This document shows positions 59,901-64,000 of a stretch of DNA of 64,000 nt, in pieces. Every line of letters begins with the position of its first letter. Position 1 is the stretch's first letter. Source of the stretch: an uncultured Bacilli bacterium (GTDB taxonomy: Bacteria; Bacillota_I; Bacilli_A; RF39; UBA660); the NCBI GenBank assembly GCA_910576795.1, contig CAJTIX010000004.1, forward strand, positions 647 through 64,646, read 5' to 3'. The position numbers and the translations under genes were made by a program. The notes beneath the pieces are model-generated. The model worked only from the letters and a program-made list of their open reading frames with translations. It was not told the DNA's origin and made no database searches.

Positions 59901-61595
59901 CTATTCACTCTTAGTTTCTTTTTTGTTTTTCTTAATATCCATGATTACAGGTAATATAATTGGTTTTCTACCCGTTTTTTCATATGCATATGTAGATAAT
60001 TGTGTGATGATTTCTTGTTTCATATCTGCATAATTGATTGGTGGGGCAAGTTTGGATAGAATTGCGTTTTTACAAATCATTTCTAAATGTTTGAGCAATT
60101 CTTCATTTTCATTGACAAGTACAAATCCCCTTGTAGTGATATTGACTTTTCCAAGTAATTTCGCACCTCTTGTATCAATGTTTGCAATTACAACAATGAT
60201 ACCATCATTGGCCATAATTTTTCTGTCTTTGATCACAGCTGCTCCAATATCCCCAATGCGATTTCCATCAACATAGATATCACCTGCTGGAATCATACCT
60301 GCTTTTTTGATATTTCCTTTATACATGGATAAAATTTCGCCATTTCCTAAAATGAAGGTATTTTCTTTCGGAATTCCACATAGAATACCCAAATCAGCAT
60401 GCTGCTTTAGCATTCGATATTCACCATGAAATGGCATTAAATATTTTGGTTTCATAAGTCGGATCATTAATTTTAACTCTTCTTGATATGCATGACCAGA
60501 GGTATGAATATCACTTAAAGAGGTATTGGTGTATACATCGACACCTTGTAAGTATAACTTATTAATGGTTCTAGAAATACTTAGTGCATTTCCAGGGATT
60601 GCGGATGATGAAAAAATCACGGTATCATCTGGTTGTAATTTAATGGAGCGATGTACGCCATTGGCAATCCTTGATAAGGCTGCAAGCGGTTCTCCTTGAC
60701 TACCTGTACAGAGTAGACAAACTTGATTGGCTGGCAAATGATTGGCCTCTTCTGGTGTGATGAAAATATCTTTGTTTTTGATATATCCACCTTGTATGGA
60801 AATTTCAATGTTGTTTTCCATACTTCTTCCAAATGTCGCGATTTTTCTACCATTTTTTTTACAAGTATCAACAATGTGTTTTAACCGGTAAATATTAGAA
60901 GCAAAGGTAGCGATAATGATTCTACCACTTTTTCTTCTAAAAATTTCTTGTAATGCATGATCGACACGAGATTCACTCGCACTCATGCCTTCATTTAAAG
61001 CGTTGGTACTGTCGCTCAGTAATAGTGTCACACCTCTTTTTCCAATCGCAGCCATTTTATGAATGTTTGCCATTGGTCCAATTGGAGTAAGGTCAAATTT
61101 GAAGTCTCCTGTTGTTACTACAGTTCCATTTGGTGTTGTAATACAAATTCCATGAGAATCCGGAATGGAGTGTGTAGTTCTAAAAAATTCTACTTCAATG
61201 TATTTGAATTTTACTTTGGTTCTTTCGTCATATACCACAATATTTTTATATTGAATATTTCTATCTTCTAATTTTTTCTTAATCAAACCAACTGCTTGAT
61301 TTGGCGCATAAATGATAGGAATATTAACCGTTTGTAATAAAAATGGAATTGCTCCAATATGATCTTCATGACCATGTGTAATAAATAAGGCTTTGATTTT
61401 AGTTTCATTCTTTTTTAAAAAAGAAAAATCTGGAATGACATAGTCAACACCCATCAATTCTCCTTCTGGAAAAGTAATACCCGCATCCGTTATAATGAGT
61501 TCGTTATTATGCATTACACAATACATATTTTTTCCGACTTCACCAAGGCCACCTAACGCAAAAATTTTGGTGTCCTCGTTGTTAAAAAATTTCAT
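59901..61595 (-). CDS. rnj: Ribonuclease J.
   Basis: It has a metallo-beta-lactamase domain (HGHEDHIG) followed by beta-CASP and C-terminal domains at ~560 aa total. Confidence 0.92.
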   Translation of the reverse strand: MKFFNNEDTKIFALGGLGEVGKNMYCVMHNNELIITDAGITFPEGELMGVDYVIPDFSFLKKNETKIKALFITHGHEDHIGAIPFLLQTVNIPIIYAPNQAVGLIKKKLEDRNIQYKNIVVYDERTKVKFKYIEVEFFRTTHSIPDSHGICITTPNGTVVTTGDFKFDLTPIGPMANIHKMAAIGKRGVTLLLSDSTNALNEGMSASESRVDHALQEIFRRKSGRIIIATFASNIYRLKHIVDTCKKNGRKIATFGRSMENNIEISIQGGYIKNKDIFITPEEANHLPANQVCLLCTGSQGEPLAALSRIANGVHRSIKLQPDDTVIFSSSAIPGNALSISRTINKLYLQGVDVYTNTSLSDIHTSGHAYQEELKLMIRLMKPKYLMPFHGEYRMLKQHADLGILCGIPKENTFILGNGEILSMYKGNIKKAGMIPAGDIYVDGNRIGDIGAAVIKDRKIMANDGIIVVIANIDTRGAKLLGKVNITTRGFVLVNENEELLKHLEMICKNAILSKLAPPINYADMKQEIITQLSTYAYEKTGRKPIILPVIMDIKKNKKETKSE

Positions 61596-61782
61596 AAATA
61601 CTCCTTTCTTCTCGATTTGAAATCTAACGTATTACATTATAACTGTTTTTTTGACTTTTGTAAATGACCAATTTTTTTATTGCACTATTAGTGAATAAAT
61701 AGTATAATTGAGATGGGAATATTTGACTGTTGAGTACTTACCAAATTTCTATTCTAAAGAATAGGAAGGAGGTTTGATTTTT

Positions 61783-61863
61783 ATGAAAAGAAGAGAAAAT
61801 TTTCAATTTATAATTATCATTTTATTAATAGTTTCAATTATGATTCTATGCATAAAAAAATAG
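61783..61863 (+). CDS. Small hydrophobic peptide, 26 aa (MKRRENFQFIIIILLIVSIMILCIKK). It is a candidate type I toxin.
   Basis: A promoter TTGCAC-17-TATAAT (61680-61708) lies upstream. An SD GGAAGGAGG lies 9 nt upstream, with a CTATTC/GAATAG hairpin abutting it. The complement of the 5' box, GGTGAGTACTCAAC, lies in the 3' end. Confidence 0.5.
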   Translation: MKRRENFQFIIIILLIVSIMILCIKK

Positions 61864-61966
61864 CACTCAATCTTCAGATTCAGTGCTTACACTAAAATTA
61901 TTAGGTGAGTACTCAACATGGAAAAGTTAAGTATTCCCACTTTATTATATGAAGTTTCCTTCATCT
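61853..61966 (-). ncRNA. Candidate antisense RNA of copy 3.
   Basis: A - strand promoter TTGACA-17-TACTAT lies at 61973-62001. A hairpin at 61863-61888 plus a T-run on the - strand overlaps the last codons of the peptide ORF. Confidence 0.4.
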
Positions 61967-62140
61967 ATATACATAGTAGCACAAATATATAATCATGTCA
62001 ATTTTCTTGCATTATGAATGAATGTTTTTTGAAAATATAGCCTTGTGAATAAGTACATAAAAATGTAACGTTTTTACTTGATGTTTTTGTTTATTTTCGG
62101 TACAATATAATTAGGGTAAAAGAATAGAAAAGAGGGCTAT

Positions 62141-64000
62141 ATGTTTAATTTTTATAATCCAACGCCGATTACAGCGGCTAAGAATACATTAGATCCTGAT
62201 CTGCTAAAAAAAATGGATGCCTATTTTAGAGCAGCCAATTATTTATCAGTTGGACAACTTTATTTACTGGATAATCCCTTATTACGTGAGCCTTTAAAAA
62301 AAGAGCATATCAAACGTAAAATTGTAGGACATTGGGGAACTGTACCTGGACAAAATTTTATTTATGTCCATTTAAATCGTGTCATTCAAAAGTATGACTT
62401 AAGTATGATTTATGTATCTGGTCCTGGACATGGTGGAAATGCGATTGTTTCTAATGTCTATTTGGAAGGTAGCTATAGTGAAGTTTATCCAGATGTCAGT
62501 CAAGATCTAGAAGGTATGAAAAAACTATTCAAGCAGTTTTCCTTTCCTGGAGGAATTTCTTCCCATGTCGCACCTGAAACACCAGGTTCTATCAATGAAG
62601 GTGGAGAACTTGGTTATTCTTTGGCGCATTCTTTTGGGGCTGTATTTGATAATCCAGATTTGATTGCTGCTTGTGTCATTGGAGATGGAGAAGCTGAAAC
62701 AGGACCACTTGCGACCTCTTGGCACTCTAATAAATTTTTAAATCCCATTACAGATGGAGCCGTTTTACCTATTCTACATCTAAATGGCTATAAAATTAGT
62801 AATCCAACTGTTTTTTCACGTATTTCTGAAGAAGAATCAAAAAAATTCTTTGAAGGATGTGGATGGAAACCTTACTATGTAGAAGGTGACGATCCAATGG
62901 TAATGCATGAAAAAATGGCTTCTGTTCTTGATCAAGTGATTCAAGAAATTCAAGAAATTCAAACACACGCACGTACAACCAATGATGCTTCAAGACCAAT
63001 GTGGCCTATGATTGTATTCCGTTCACCAAAGGGTTGGACAGGTCCAAAAGTAGTTGACGACAAACCAATTGAAGGAACATTTCGTGCTCATCAAGTACCA
63101 ATTTCAATGGACAAAGAAGAACATATTGCCATGTTAGAATCATGGATGAAAAGTTATCATCCAGAAGAACTATTTGATGAAAATGGAGCTTTATTGAAAG
63201 AATTAAAGGAACTCGCGCCTACTGGCAATCATCGTATGGGCTCTAATCCACATACCAATGGAGGACTTTTATTAAAAGAACTGAGAATGCCAGATTTTAG
63301 AAATTATGGTCTTACTGTTGAAACACCAGGAGCAGTAGAAGCACAAGATATGTTGGTACTTGGTAATTTTGTAAGGGATATTTTTGCTCGAAATCAAGAA
63401 GAACATAATTTTCGTATTTTTGGTCCAGATGAAACAATGTCCAATCGTTTGAGTAAAGTATTTGAAGAAACCAATCGTGCTTGGAATGTAGAAACAAAAG
63501 AAAATGATGAATTTTTATCTCCAGATGGTAGAGTTATGGATTCCATGCTCAGTGAACATTTATGTGAAGGCTGGTTAGAAGGATATTTATTAACAGGTCG
63601 TCATGGCTTTTTCGCAAGTTATGAAGCCTTTGTGCGTATTATTGATTCGATGTTTAGTCAACATGCCAAATGGTTGAAAGTGACCAAAGAATTGCCTTGG
63701 CGCCAAAAAATTGCGTCATTGAATTACATACTTACTTCTAATGTTTGGCAACAAGATCATAATGGATATACCCATCAAGACCCTGGATTTCTAGACCATG
63801 TTGCGAATAAAAAGGCAGATATTGTACGCATGTATTTGCCACCAGATGCGAATTGTTTATTATCGGTATTTGACCATTGCATTCGTAGTAAGAATTACGT
63901 CAATGTCATTGTCGCTTCCAAACATCCTCGTCCACAATGGTTAACCATGGAACAGGCCATTCGCCATTGTACGCAGGGAATTGGAATTTGGAATTGGGCA
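62141..64000 (+). CDS. xfp: Xylulose-5-phosphate/fructose-6-phosphate phosphoketolase. It is 3'-truncated by the window end.
   Basis: [15 protein letters not shown] ... [11 protein letters not shown] ... GPGHGG are the TPP-binding and Xfp signatures. An AAGAGGG RBS is present. The ORF is open to the window end. Confidence 0.9.
   Translation, partial: MFNFYNPTPITAAKNTLDPDLLKKMDAYFRAANYLSVGQLYLLDNPLLREPLKKEHIKRKIVGHWGTVPGQNFIYVHLNRVIQKYDLSMIYVSGPGHGGNAIVSNVYLEGSYSEVYPDVSQDLEGMKKLFKQFSFPGGISSHVAPETPGSINEGGELGYSLAHSFGAVFDNPDLIAACVIGDGEAETGPLATSWHSNKFLNPITDGAVLPILHLNGYKISNPTVFSRISEEESKKFFEGCGWKPYYVEGDDPMVMHEKMASVLDQVIQEIQEIQTHARTTNDASRPMWPMIVFRSPKGWTGPKVVDDKPIEGTFRAHQVPISMDKEEHIAMLESWMKSYHPEELFDENGALLKELKELAPTGNHRMGSNPHTNGGLLLKELRMPDFRNYGLTVETPGAVEAQDMLVLGNFVRDIFARNQEEHNFRIFGPDETMSNRLSKVFEETNRAWNVETKENDEFLSPDGRVMDSMLSEHLCEGWLEGYLLTGRHGFFASYEAFVRIIDSMFSQHAKWLKVTKELPWRQKIASLNYILTSNVWQQDHNGYTHQDPGFLDHVANKKADIVRMYLPPDANCLLSVFDHCIRSKNYVNVIVASKHPRPQWLTMEQAIRHCTQGIGIWNWA

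Larger units (their letters stand above)
61680..62005 (+). repeat. Third, inverted copy of the type I TA-like element.
   Basis: It shares the boundary CACTATTAGTGAAT, the GTTGAGTACTTACC box, the SD, and the convergent promoters and terminator with units 1 and 2. Confidence 0.8.

Overview
This 64 kb window comes from a low-GC (roughly 30% GC) endospore-forming Bacillota chromosome. The spore-former call rests on a clear Spo0A with the signature Spo0A_C domain and on two alpha/beta-type SASP genes. Gene order is Bacillus-like: rpsD<>ezrA ... thiI-ssp, scpA-scpB, dnaD-nth and recU-ponA. Most of the window is core housekeeping, all on a dense + strand apart from a few - strand blocks. These genes are rpsD, ezrA, scpAB, tRNA-Leu(CAA), mutY, thiI, clpP, gap, pgk, spo0A, gpmI, a dihydrouridine synthase, lysS, two acetate-kinase paralogues, nrnA, hup, dnaD-like, nth, a class A PBP, recU, RNase J and a 5'-partial phosphoketolase.

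Accessory or unusual content:
(i) At 0.3-3.9 kb a class B sortase sits next to a 902-aa six-repeat surface protein with a non-canonical sorting signal.
(ii) A 1.4 kb islet lies directly 3' of tRNA-Leu. It is bounded by ~60 bp direct repeats that include the tRNA 3' end, and it carries an IMPase-like/alpha-beta-hydrolase fusion gene.
(iii) A ~335 bp element is present in three copies: two in tandem at 14.11-14.80 kb between mutY and thiI, and a third inverted copy at 61.68-62.0 kb between rnj and xfp. Each copy has the full architecture of a type I toxin-antitoxin locus. That is a 26-30 aa hydrophobic peptide with a strong SD, a convergent antisense RNA with a near-consensus sigma-A promoter, a shared bidirectional terminator, and complementary 5'-UTR/3'-end boxes. 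One tandem copy carries a frameshift.
(iv) The glycolytic cluster is interrupted. A 433-aa type-IV-pilin-like protein sits between gap and pgk. A flippase-like membrane protein, a GT4 glycosyltransferase and spo0A sit between pgk and gpmI. gpmI itself is fused in frame to a TM helix plus a ~440-aa extracellular domain that is paralogous to the pilin-like protein's C-terminus.
(v) A ~10 kb defense island (31.6-41.6 kb) contains a complete Wadjet/condensin-like jetABCD operon with its own consensus promoter. Immediately upstream is a tightly coupled MazG-like NTP pyrophosphohydrolase plus GIY-YIG/DUF2075 (Schlafen-like) ATPase pair, preceded by a PRiA4b-ORF3-like gene.

No CRISPR array, transposase or integrase was seen.
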